From contig JBNZDD010013720.1 in the NCBI GenBank assembly GCA_050575255.1, forward strand, positions 9,101,767 through 9,165,766: a stretch of 64,000 bases of DNA, in the 5' to 3' direction. The notes under the pieces were generated by a model. That model was given only the letters and a program-made list of their open reading frames with translations. It had not been told where the DNA came from and searched no databases. The translations under genes were made by a program, and so were the position numbers. Shown piece by piece: positions 38,038 to 48,822 of this stretch (its first letter is position 1; every line of letters begins with the position of its first letter). Origin of the DNA: Harriotta raleighana. Its lineage: Eukaryota.

Positions 38038-39288
38038 CTAACAGGTGATGACACCATGCTCGCTCACTGGACTGCCATCATCAGGGTCACTGAAACTGAT
38101 GGAGCCCTCCTCCTCATCGTCTAACTGCAGACTCCCAAATGAGAACTTGCTCCTAGGCATTGGCGAGGAGTTCACTGCTATTGGGTTCCCAAACGTTAAC
38201 GGGTGACTGAAGGGATTAATGACTTCGGAGTCGGAATCACTGGATTCTGTTCCACTGCTGGTAGAGACATCCAACAGCTGGGCACCACCGATGTGCTCGA
38301 CACAGCCAGCTGCCACCAGCCTATGGACAGGGGGGCTGGGCTTGGGCTGTCTGGCAGCTGACAAGCCATTACCTACAAGTCGTCTCTCTGACAGCAGCAT
38401 TGTAGGCGAGTTAACTTTGAAAGGGGTGCTACCCCGATATTCATTCGATGGGGTGGAGGCTATTCGACTGAGGATAAACGGATCAGTCTCTGACCTGTTG
38501 CACATGCTCTGCACTCGCTGGGAATATGGTCTGCTTAAAATGGGGGAGAAGCTATTGCAATCCTTTTGGCTGTACATGTAGCTGTCTTTATTCTCTAGCC
38601 TGCGGTTACAATGGCCATTCTGTAGAACAATGCCTTGATACCCATGCTGGTTGAAACTATTAATAGGGCTAGATACTTTGCTACTACAGTGTACTGGGGT
38701 GGCTAAGGGATTGCGAGTTTCTGAATCTCGGAATATCTCGTCAACCAAAGAGCTGTGTCCAGTTGTCCGAGGGCTCCTTCCAGAATAAAAGGACAGATTA
38801 GAAAACTCTTCTGTACTATGGAGTGGAGCTTCTGCCAGCGAGTAACTGTGCAATTCCCTATTCCTGAGCTGATTGAGATTTTCATTCCTTTCAACAAAGT
38901 ATTCACCGCTAACACACTCATCCTCATAATTGTCATTTGTTTCTGACTGTGACCTGATTATTCGCCCTTTGATTAAATCATACTCGCTGCTATCTACGTC
39001 ACTGCAGTCAATATAAGGAATGGAAGAGCTACTTCCACGAGCAGCTTTGGATGCTGGACCTGCATTCTGTTGCTCTTTTTGGGGTTTGGACTGCTGAACC
39101 CTGTCCCTCACAGGTTCCTCCATCACCACTGCTTCCCTCCTGTCCTCCTTCGGGCTCCTCTTTGGTGATCGACTCCCGTGTTCAAGCCCATCTTGATTAC
39201 TTGATTGAGTAGCAACTAGCTCCTTCCTCTGGTTACTAGCTGTTTTCCCTGGGGATGCAGACATGACTCCAAAAGTAAAACTAGCACT
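38038..39288 (-). CDS. FARP1: FARP1 exon 13, long read-through terminal form (416 codons + TAG) with FRMD7-like C-terminal tail
   Basis: Uninterrupted ORF continues about 340 codons past the weak donor; Ser-rich; ends ...ESSDSDSEVINP...SPMPRSKFSFGSLQLDDEEE...HGVITC*. Confidence 0.8.
   Translation of the reverse strand, partial: SASFTFGVMSASPGKTASNQRKELVATQSSNQDGLEHGSRSPKRSPKEDRREAVVMEEPVRDRVQQSKPQKEQQNAGPASKAARGSSSSIPYIDCSDVDSSEYDLIKGRIIRSQSETNDNYEDECVSGEYFVERNENLNQLRNRELHSYSLAEAPLHSTEEFSNLSFYSGRSPRTTGHSSLVDEIFRDSETRNPLATPVHCSSKVSSPINSFNQHGYQGIVLQNGHCNRRLENKDSYMYSQKDCNSFSPILSRPYSQRVQSMCNRSETDPFILSRIASTPSNEYRGSTPFKVNSPTMLLSERRLVGNGLSAARQPKPSPPVHRLVAAGCVEHIGGAQLLDVSTSSGTESSDSDSEVINPFSHPLTFGNPIAVNSSPMPRSKFSFGSLQLDDEEEGSISFSDPDDGSPVSEHGVITC
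39060..39288 (-). CDS. FARP1: FARP1 exon 13, short spliced form (229 nt), linker SASFTFGVMSASPGK...RDRVQQSKPQKEQQNA(G)
   Basis: tttcag|AGT acceptor; weak donor CAG|gtccag; phase 1 matches exon 14; DRVQQSKPQ resembles human DRTQQSKPQ. Confidence 0.88.
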
Positions 39289-39938
39289 CTGAAAAGAAAA
39301 AGAAAATTTTTTGGAGGAAAACATTCAAAACTCTTAAAGCTGCATTCTGTAAACTCCTCTGAGGACACAGCTAGACACTGAACCATACAGACCAGAAAGG
39401 TTTAGTCATCAGTCTGCTTACTCAGGAGCTGTCAGCCAAGATCCTCAGAATCCTTAGGTTGAAGAGGGAATGAAACCACTCTGGGCTCCTGCTTCTGAGA
39501 CCTTAATTCCACCTTGGCTTAGTACATTTCAACTATTTTCATTAATATTTAATGAAAAGATCACACAGAATCACGGAAAAAAATTATATTTAGTCAATGG
39601 GGAAGTTAATTTGTTTTGAACATCGGAGAAAAACAGCCTCCAAAGTAAGACTGAATTGAAGAATTATTTGTGATCTTCAATATTAAACTAAACAAAATGT
39701 TCTTAATGGCTAACATTAAGGCTAGGTCCAATTTAGGGCCTCATCAAAGTTAGTTATAATGCTCTTCACAGTCAAATATCCTTCTAATATTCACATAATA
39801 TATAGCTTCACTGAAAGCCTGCTGAAAGGTATAAATTAAATTATTACCTCACACACAACACCTTTAAGAAAAGAGAAAATTAGGAAGAGGAATTTCAAAT
39901 GAAATCTTACTTAATTTTTATAACTTGAAAAAACAGAC

Positions 39939-40210
39939 TAATAATAATCCTTGCATTTGATACAGTGTTTTTCATGTTTTTTTTTTGATGTTTCAAAGCA
40001 CTGTACAGAAAATACTGTAAAGTGAATTCACTATATATATGTGGGAAAACTGCAGCAGCCAATTATGCGCCGTAGTGTCCCACAAACAGTCGTGGATTGA
40101 AATGACCAATTTATTCTTTTTATTTTGATGGGATTATTCTTAAGTGTGTGGAGTAAGGAAACTGCCCAAGGTGGAACCTTACCTGGAATTGAACAGGGGT
40201 CTCTTGCTTT
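39939..40210 (-). mobile_element. tRNA-SINE, near full length
   Basis: Family tail, core and partial head. Confidence 0.85.
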
Positions 40211-40402
40211 TAATACCTGACTCTGGTATTACATAACTCAAAATGTGTTTGAGTGTACCATACTTCACTATCCAAGTTAAGATTGTATGATAATTTTACA
40301 CAAATCATTTTATTTAATAAATCTAAGTGACAACTCTACTCTATACAATCAGCATTTAGTAGAAATAAATCTGCAGAGTATTGTGTTTTCTGAGTTACTA
40401 AC

Positions 40403-40478
40403 TTGTTTTGGCACCTCTGATTGATGATCTGAAGGCTGTTCAGACAGACTCCTGACGGATCGGATTTTACTATGTTTC
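40403..40478 (-). CDS. FARP1: FARP1 exon 12 (76 nt): KHSKIRSVRSLSEQPSDHQSEVPKQ
   Basis: tttcag|GAAA...CAA|gttagt; phase 2 to 0. Confidence 0.94.
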
Positions 40479-40607
40479 CTGAAAATAAAATGTAAAACCA
40501 TTAATTTGCAGCAACATTTAATAACACTGATTTGTCTGAATGATAACTGTTCCATTTCCCCTCATTCCCACAAGAGATCTATGTAAGAGATCTCAATACA
40601 CACCCAC

Positions 40608-40676
40608 CTTTCAAATTGTGTTCTTTTGTATCCTCCTTCCTTAACATAATCCAGGAGTTGCTTCTGTGTCCTGCCA
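40608..40676 (-). CDS. FARP1: FARP1 exon 11 (69 nt), FA domain: (S)GRTQKQLLDYVKEGGYKRTQFE(R)
   Basis: tttcag|TGGC...GAAAG|gtgggt; phase 2 to 2. Confidence 0.95.
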
Positions 40677-41451
40677 CTGAAACCAAACAAAGACTCACGT
40701 TAGCTCCATGATGAGTTCCATGGGAACTGGCCCTTCTTGCAGGATTACTGCTTCCGCATGAAGAGCACACAACCTGCAGGTGGTCAGCAGTCAGTGGAGC
40801 CACTTCCCCAGTGTGAAGAACTGAGTTTGCCTGTTCCAACGCAGAAATCAAATCTGTAGAACACAACCTGCGCCCAAAACAAAAGCATTAATGCACCTTG
40901 AATGCTGCTGTCATAGCTGGTTTGAGAGCATAATGCAGACAGCCGTCCGGTGTAAAATTTTAAAACTTAAATGCATCCTCCCCCCTGCGACTCTCTGTGT
41001 GGATCAGAAATATGGTATCTCATTTCAATCCTTCTCCAAAGGCATTCAACTATGGCTGGCAGACTCCTTTGGCAAAATGACTGGCCGGTGAATTATAGCG
41101 TCATGCAACCTGGAAGACATGACATGGTTCAACTCAAACTAGGCATTAGTTAGAGCTCTACAATCGGAATCAAGGTCTTGAACTAGACAGAGGACCAGTC
41201 AGTTGAGGTCCCAAGTCCTGATTACAACCAGACCCCCTCTTCCAGGGAATGTGAGTTAGTTTTGGACCTGGGCTGTGATGCTTTCCTCAACTGGCTCGTG
41301 ACACGTATTGATTTGGCCCATATGTGAAGAATGGCCATTTGAATGTAGTACTGGAGGATAACTAATGCATAAGGAATTATACTCCCAACATGAGTCGGTA
41401 TCTTCAGGAAAGAAGAGGAGAAAGTTACACAGGAAGGTGCAAATCTATTAC

Positions 41452-41612
41452 CTAAACCTGAAGGAAGAGCCTCGACTGAAAAGAATAGGTTTAGGCTTTG
41501 GTTTGGGCTCCTCAATTAGTCTGAAAAAGGCATGATATTCAACACATATCTTCCAGAATGCCTTGCAGGAATCACGACTGTTCATGGAGAACTCCAAGGT
41601 ATCCTGACAAGA
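41452..41612 (-). CDS. FARP1: FARP1 exon 10 (161 nt): [53 protein letters not shown]
   Basis: ttgcag|TCT...TTTAG|gtaata; end of FERM and start of FA domain; phase 0 to 2. Confidence 0.96.
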
Positions 41613-41706
41613 CTGCAATGAAAGAAAAAGGTGAAAATATAATCACTACTCATTGATTCAAAACCAGCTCAAAACCAGAACAGTTATTTAACGTAACATC
41701 ACTTAC

Positions 41707-41802
41707 ATTGACCTCTGGTCGGAATTTGATGAGAAATCGTTTTCTCTTGAAACTCAGCTTGCGAACTTTGGCCCAGTTGAATGAGTTTATCTTATTTTGA
41801 CC
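41707..41802 (-). CDS. FARP1: FARP1 exon 9 (96 nt), FERM F3: [32 protein letters not shown]
   Basis: tgaag|GGT...AAT|gtaagt; FERM-C motif [16 protein letters not shown]. Confidence 0.96.
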
Positions 41803-41917
41803 CTTCATCAAAGACAAAAATATAATGTGTCGTTTCATTCATCTCATACAACTAAATTACCTAGTGCTAGTATGATAAATGTGACTACTGCACAAACACC
41901 AAATGAGTAACTATTAC

Positions 41918-42065
41918 CTGGAACACTATGATCCCTGTGTGTGACACAGATAGGTGAATCTTGGTTCCCTCTCTGTCTTTTGCAGGATGCTGTCGAATTC
42001 CATACGTTTCTAATCTTCTGGCAATCTCAAGGAGTTGAAAGTCTGATTCCGCTGGTGTCTGTCCT
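41918..42065 (-). CDS. FARP1: FARP1 exon 8 (148 nt): GQTPAESDFQLLEIARRLETYGIRQHPAKDREGTKIHLSVSHTGIIVFQ
   Basis: caaag|AGGA...CCAG|gtaata; lies within ORF 41885-42208; phase 2 to 0. Confidence 0.96.
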
Positions 42066-44158
42066 CTTTGACAAGGAAACAAAGAAACAATCTTGAGGAA
42101 GTAATTACACTTGCTTAATGTCACAGTTGTGTTCGCGAAAAGTGCGACTTTAAATGAAACGATTAATATAGCGCCCTCGACACCGGATGGTATCCCATCG
42201 AACTTCACAATAACAGATCCCAGGGGCGAGCCAGGGGCAGGGGAAGAAAGGTGACCAAAGGCGCGGTCGAAGAGAAAAACTCTATAACTGAGACCTGAAA
42301 CTGGGAAGAGAAGGGGAAAGTCGAAGGGATTGAGGAAGGGAATTCCAGAGCGTCAGGGCATAGTGGCTGAATGCAACGGATGTTCAGAGTCTATGTACAC
42401 CTACACTACCCAAAGTAGTTTGTTTCCACTTGCGCATATGACATAATAGTGAACGTCGTGACATTAAATGAACATATATTGATCAGCATATTATCAGCAA
42501 CATTATACGAGGCAACTGAAGCAACATTAAACGAGGTCTACCTGTATTTCATCTGCCAGTATCCTTTATTCTAATGAATTTCAGCACCACATTGCTATCC
42601 CAGGTCTCTGGTATACCAGCACCTTGTTCTATTTAAGGTCATCAGTAACATAGGTCCATATATATTCAAGGGCTTCAATTGTGTCATGTTTGACAGAGAA
42701 TGCTACCGAACGTAAAATCAGGCTGTATCCTCACTCTTGTCTGCATTGATTCACTTCTAGCAAGGGTCACTGCATAGTGGTAGGCAGCACAAATTCTAAC
42801 TGTTTTTCTTCTCCCTTCTCCCAAGGTCATTAAAGACAATTACACCTTTTCTATAGATGAAATTTGATTATAGACAGAAATTTTAAATTTAATTCTAGCC
42901 AGAAAAAAGTTTAGAATAGGTAAAAACAATTGAAAAAAAGTTACAATATAAAATCTTTCATAGTGAGATGATGGAAGAGAATAGAAGGAAAAATTATGGC
43001 AGAGCAAGTCTAGGCAAAGTTTCTGAAAGGTATTATTGATTTTTAAAATTATGCTTTTTGCATTAATTTTTGAGGGCCATTGTTAATAATGTAATTATGT
43101 TACCTGATGTTTGAGCAGTTCCATTTTGGTAACATTAATGTTTTTAAGATCACAAATCATTACTATCATAAAATCTATTTCTAGTCCAACTTTGCTCTGC
43201 ATGTGAATCAAAATTCTCTTTCCCTTTTTAGATAGTAAGCATATGAATATAACTTCAAGGTTTTCTTTGAATTGTTAGTAACATTGTTTGAATAGAGTTC
43301 TGAAAATCCATCTGCAGGAATTTGTGTGAAAACCATTTCTAAAGGCCACTTTTTACCTGTAACATTCCAAAGCTTGATCACCCAAAAAGCTGCTATTATT
43401 GCAGCCTGACGTGACTTCTGCTTACAAATTCAGTGTGATGTGAATATCAATTATAGCCCAGACTGTGTTTCCAGATCTGATATGTGCTGAACGTCACACA
43501 AACAGTGCTTTTTTCCACTTGGATACTGAGGAAGCAGAACTGCTGTCAAATCAGTATCCGTGACTGGCAGCGTGCCGGCAAGTGATATAATTAATAATAT
43601 TTCACTGCAGATAAAACGTCCCTTTCCATCAGACGTGACCATTCTGGTCCCGAATTGATTTCCTGAGCTAATATTCTTAAAAAATGGATTAGACACGTAT
43701 TTTAAAAAGAAAAAATATAAGAATAATCTTTTCATTTACAAGACTATGGGGAAACAGTGAGACTAATTGGATAGCACTATATATATATATATATTTTCAT
43801 AGACACCATTGTGCTGTGAGATTGTATGATTCTAAGGGGCAGGGGAAGTGGATAGATGACACAATCATAACAGGCTAAATGATCTCTCTGTGTGCTATAA
43901 CACTCATTCAATAATTCTAAGATTTGAATCCATTGTTTAAAATGTGCATCCAGCATTCTCACATTGTCCTTTACCTGATGGAGATGGGAAGGCAATATAT
44001 GAGAAACTCCCAACTATTATTTACCATCCAGCTCTTTACAAACCTTATTTACCAACTGAGACATTAGGCAAGCTCTTGTAACAATTGCAATGAAATTACT
44101 GGCTTCCACATCTCTCTCTGCTATAATAACCATACAGAATGACTACTTGAGGTCTTAC

Positions 44159-44273
44159 ACATGTCTTCGATGAAACTCCATGATCTTGTCTTCTAGTGTA
44201 TCTTGCTGAGGCATATATTTGTTTTTTTCCAAATGTTCCTGATCAAGGGTTTCATCGAAATCCCCAATCTCCG
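44159..44273 (-). CDS. FARP1: FARP1 exon 7 (115 nt): SEIGDFDETLDQEHLEKNKYMPQQDTLEDKIMEFHRRH
   Basis: cacag|CGGAG...CATGT|gtaaga; phase 1 to 2. Confidence 0.96.
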
Positions 44274-44575
44274 CTGTGACAAGGATGAGAAATTTAAATT
44301 ACTCTGTCAGTTCATACAGCAGTTTACACAGACACAAAATATCTTCCAACTCCTCTCCTGAGCTCCAAAATTTCTTACACTCCCAGGGTTTAGATTGTGC
44401 AACATTTATTGTGCTGTCTTAAATTGAAGCAGATTTTCCAGAATACCCCCAAAAACACCTCAGTGAGACCATGGAGGATCTTCAAGTCATTGAGCTGAGA
44501 TCCTGGGAGCCAACTGCATTGACACACCTAGAACGTGTTTCCTTCCGTAAAAGAAGCTATTCCAGGATTACTCAC

Positions 44576-44673
44576 ACTGGATAATGTGAGACACCAACAA
44601 TGCCATGCTCATCTCATTGCAGGTCATCCTTCCCGAAACTAAGTCCTGCTTGATCTGTAGTGCAAAGAGGTAC
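44576..44673 (-). CDS. FARP1: FARP1 exon 6 (98 nt), FERM F2: [32 protein letters not shown]
   Basis: ttgcag|GTAC...CAGT|gtgagt; phase 2 to 1. Confidence 0.96.
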
Positions 44674-45629
44674 CTGCAAAACACAAATACCCAAGTCAAC
44701 CAGCTCCCTGACTGTTCAGCAAAACATTCACATTTATTTCACTCTCCCCTTAGTTCCATCACTACGACCAGCCTTTCGCGATTCAAACTCCATCTTTCAG
44801 GTCACATTTTCTGACATGGGACCAGCCATTTTTTTCTTCTAAAATTAGGTCAGGAGAGAGTAAAAGATAGAAGTGACAGTTCAACTCAGCCTTCAAAACA
44901 AATCCCCTTCCAGCACCAGTGCATTTATAGCCTAAAATAATTTTTAAAAAGCAACATGCCATTAAATGGCCTAACTTTTTTAAACAATTGCTGGAAATCT
45001 TTGAATTAGCATTTTCCAGGAGCTTTACAAATCCTTGATTTCCCCTTCGTCCACCAATCTCCATCTTGCCCAAACAGGTAAGATTTATTGCCTTTTCTCC
45101 TCATCTATCTTGAAAGCTCTAACTCCTAATGGCCTTGGGTTCCATGATTGCTAGAACCCAGTACCTTACTGATGTGGTCATGTATTATACATTGTGTATA
45201 AACAAGTGTCGTATGCACCATTTCCAAATGGTGTGTGCAGAAGGAAATACAAGTCCCTTTATTTATGTAACTAGCAACCATGAAAGGGATTGCTGTTTAC
45301 TTACATAAACAATAAATTATTTCCATTGATGCCTGGTCCTGATTGTGGTCTAAAGACTTCTGCTGGAAAGCGTGTGTGTGGACATTGGGTGGAGACGAGT
45401 TTGAATCAAGATTCATTGTGATCACTGCCCCCCACACAAGCACACCTCGATTTAACGTCTCATCCAAAGAATATGGAAATAAAGTTGGCTACTTATATTG
45501 GACACTTAATATTGGACCTCACTATCTGGGTTCACAGGTGAAAAATAATATGAGTAATGCAGAAGATAAAGGACTGGTATACATATAATCCACCAATTTC
45601 ACAGTAAATCCAACTAAATCAACACAGAT

Positions 45630-45846
45630 AATAATAATAATAATAATCCTTGCATTTGATATAGCACTTTTCACATCTTATCAACATCTCAAAGCGCTTC
45701 ACAGAATATACTGTAAAGTGAATTGACTGAATATTTGTGGGCAGAATGCGGCAGTCAATTGCGCACAGCAGCGTCCCACAAATAGTCATGGATTGAAATG
45801 ACTAATTTTATTATTGTGTTTTTTTGGGGACGGATTATTATTAGGC
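45630..45846 (-). mobile_element. tRNA-SINE 3' half
   Basis: (AAT)n tail and core. Confidence 0.85.
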
Positions 45847-46075
45847 ATAATAAGATACACGCAGGCCAGGCGGATTTATTACCCCATAATGACGAGCCTC
45901 ATGGATGGATTGAAGCTGGTTCTGTATGGCTCTCTTTCGTGCTGAAAAACTACTTCACCAAGTAAGCCAGTGGCTTCCAAACTGTGAATAGCTGTGCCAT
46001 CCCTAACTCAGCAACATTTTTGTTGCACTCCCCCCACCCCCCACCTCCTTCACACTCAGCCCTGCACACTTGTGT

Positions 46076-46779
46076 TGTTAGGGAAAAACGATTTTTAAGA
46101 CATTTGTGTTCCTTATTAATATAATAGACTCATGAGGAACACGTAGGCACTCTTGTTAAAAGAATAAGAGGGAGTAAAAAAGGGCAGACAATTAAAAAAA
46201 GAGTTATGAATGGTAGCCTGTTCAAAAGTGATATAGGTTGCCAGGAAAGGGAGACGAGGGCCCATCAGAGCAGAATTCCTATGTGGGAGGGTAACAGGAT
46301 GAGCAAGGCCTGCAAGGGCAGCAGATAACGAAGCTGGAGAAAACATCTTAGCAGCAACTGACATAACTCTTGCTGACCAAGTACAAAGGAGAACTAAGGA
46401 TCGCAATAGATAAGAGTTTTGACCGGCCGGACACATTGGGGACTGGCCAGTAAAACATTAAACAGGCGGGAAAAAAGTGCTGGCTCGGCAATGTTCTTTG
46501 TTTGACTGAATACGTAATGTATGTACGTACATTGGTTAAGGATGGATGAGACGTTATTTTTTCTGCACCAGCAGATGATGTATAAATTGTAGTCACTCGT
46601 TGAGCTCAGGGTCTGAGTCTGACTAGAGACCTGACCCTATCTGTATGTGAGTTTAACTTGACTTACTTACTTATAGACCGAGTTAATAAACTTTTACTTA
46701 TTCAAACTCTTGGTATTTTCTGGGTTTCTTTGCATGTTTTAATTCCAATTCCACATAGGTATTCGCAATTTACCTAAAA
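46076..46779 (+). mobile_element. Solo LTR (704 bp)
   Basis: TGTTAGG...CCTAAAA termini; 4-bp TSD GTGT (46072-75 and 46780-83); TATAAA at 46581; AATAAA at 46685. Confidence 0.7.
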
Positions 46780-47138
46780 GTGTCCTCAGCTACAACCCTG
46801 CCCGTGGGACCACCGACCCAACGGGCACCGGTGGAGTCCCGGGCAGAGGTGGCGCTGACCTACAAACAAAATTTGCACAACAGTTTTAACACTATCAAGT
46901 GTGACAGGAATTTGTGCTTAATTATCCCTAACTAATTATCCCTAACTCCAATCAAGCCCAATTACCTTGTTAGCTCCATTTAACATGATCACCAATAACC
47001 ATCAAAGGAAGTGACAAGCTTTATTCCCTGCTATATACAGTAAAAGCCCGTTTATCCATGACTCAATCAACTGGAACTTCCGTATAACCGGTGCGTCAAC
47101 AAAAATCTACAAATGTAGTTACTTCATTTTACAATATA

Positions 47139-47496
47139 CAGGTATCCCCGATTTATGACGGGATTGCATTCCTTGAAAATGGTACACAAATCGAAACAAT
47201 GTAAATCGAAACAGGGTTTCCCATGCAGTCCCATTATATAACCCGAGATGCGTTCTTTTCAAAAAAAATTCTGGACCTTAAACCCACTAAATAATACACA
47301 TACCACACTAAATAACACACAAAATAATAAATAACACACAAAACTATTTATAGTGTGAATGAATGTATCTTTCATTCCCTCTCTTTCTCTCTTCAGTCTC
47401 TCTGTCTCTATGTGTGTGTCTCTCTCTCTGTATGTCTCGGTTTGTGTCAGTCTGTACAATGACATTGTGCTGTAGTTGTAGTATGAGTGAGTGAAT

Positions 47497-47527
<31 letters not shown>

Positions 47528-47848
47528 GTAGACAGGCAGGAAGACAGATATTGGCCAGTTCAAATGCTTCGATACATATATCAGGCGCAACCACGATTTT
47601 ACCATGAAATACACTATGTACTATGTACACTATGTACTGCGTATTGCCAAATACGACTGCGATTTTACCACGAAATACACTGTGTACTGTGTATGTGCAA
47701 AAAAGATGCGCTAAATTTTTTGGTCGTTAAAATGAAACCAAATATATAAATGGAGCTAACCAAATATATCGATGAAAAGGTGTTAAATAATTATGTTTGT
47801 TAAATTGAAATGATGTAAATAGAAGTGTCGTAAATTGGGTGATATCTG
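47139..47848. mobile_element. Tigger-like MITE inserted at a TA within a SINE tail; contains (GA)n
   Basis: TA-CAGGTATCCCCGATTTATGAC ... GTCGTAAATTGGGTGATATCTG-TA; SINE tail resumes at 47851. Confidence 0.8.
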
Positions 47849-48112
47849 TATTCTGTGAAGTGCTTTGAGATGTCGTTAAAATGTGAAAAGCGCTACATCA
47901 AAAATGCAAGGATTATTATTATACCTATTTGTGGGACATTCCTGTACATAAATTGACTGTCATTATACTTTAAAGTAAATCCTATGAAGAAATTGCTTTT
48001 GAGATATCTCGACAACCACTCTATATCAAATGCATGGATTAATATTACTGTATCATGAAGTGTGTGTGACAGAATTTCTCACATGCACTTTTTCCAGCTT
48101 TGAATCACAGTG

Positions 48113-48822
48113 CAGTAAAAGCCCGTTTATCCGGAATAACAAATGACTCGATGATCCGGAAAACCCGTTGAACCGGAACCTCAAAAAAAAGTCCGGATTC
48201 GATAAACCGGAAATTATCCGGCAGCATAGTGATGACGCATTTAATGAATCGACTGTCACACGCGAGTACTGGTTCAGGTACTCGGCTGGCCGCTAGTCGA
48301 GCCTAAACTCACTCCTGCTCCTTTTAAAAGTTGTGTTGCCGTTTTGTTTTCCTCCATGGGGACAGTCATTGCGAAGTATAAATAATAAAGTACTAATACA
48401 ATATTTTGTTAATATAGTATCTGTTAATAGTGTATTTAGTCTATTATTTATATAGTATTTAACATTTACAATAAAGTAGCCATACAATATTCTGTTATTA
48501 CAGTATCTGTTATTACTGTATTTTTTCTATTATTTATATGGTACAGTATACAACATTTACAATAAAAGATCCATAAAATATTGTTATTATCTGTTATTAT
48601 TTAGTCTATTATTAATATGGTATGTGTTAAAATAATTTTGAATTAAAAAAAAGTAGATTTTTTTTTNTCTGTTATTATTTAGTCTATTTTTAATATGGTA
48701 TGTGTTAAAATAATTTTGAATTAAACAAAAATGGAGATTTTTTTTAAAAAAAGTTCTACCGGAAAACCGTTTAACCGCCATTGGCCAGGTCCCGTGGGTG
48801 CCGGATAAACGGGCTTTTACTG
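48113..48822. mobile_element. Tigger/pogo-like MITE with perfect 22-bp TIRs
   Basis: CAGTAAAAGCCCGTTTATCCGG (48113-48134) / CCGGATAAACGGGCTTTTACTG (48801-48822); AT-rich internal repeats shared with the 1178 and 8805 elements. Confidence 0.88.

Noticed and set aside
38041-38052. C-terminal VITC as a CaaX prenylation signal
   Set aside because: The Cys is terminal, not at -4; at most a weak PDZ-type end.
38038-39324. 428-aa ORF as an independent single-exon gene starting MFSSKKF
   Set aside because: The first 12 codons are the polypyrimidine tract and acceptor of FARP1 exon 13; the ORF is in frame with exon 12.
40579-40866. 95-aa ORF overlapping exon 11
   Set aside because: Different frame from the real exon; no recognisable homology.
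46840-46858. CTCF motif GGCAGAGGTGGCGCTG
   Set aside because: Only the 3' half matches the consensus.
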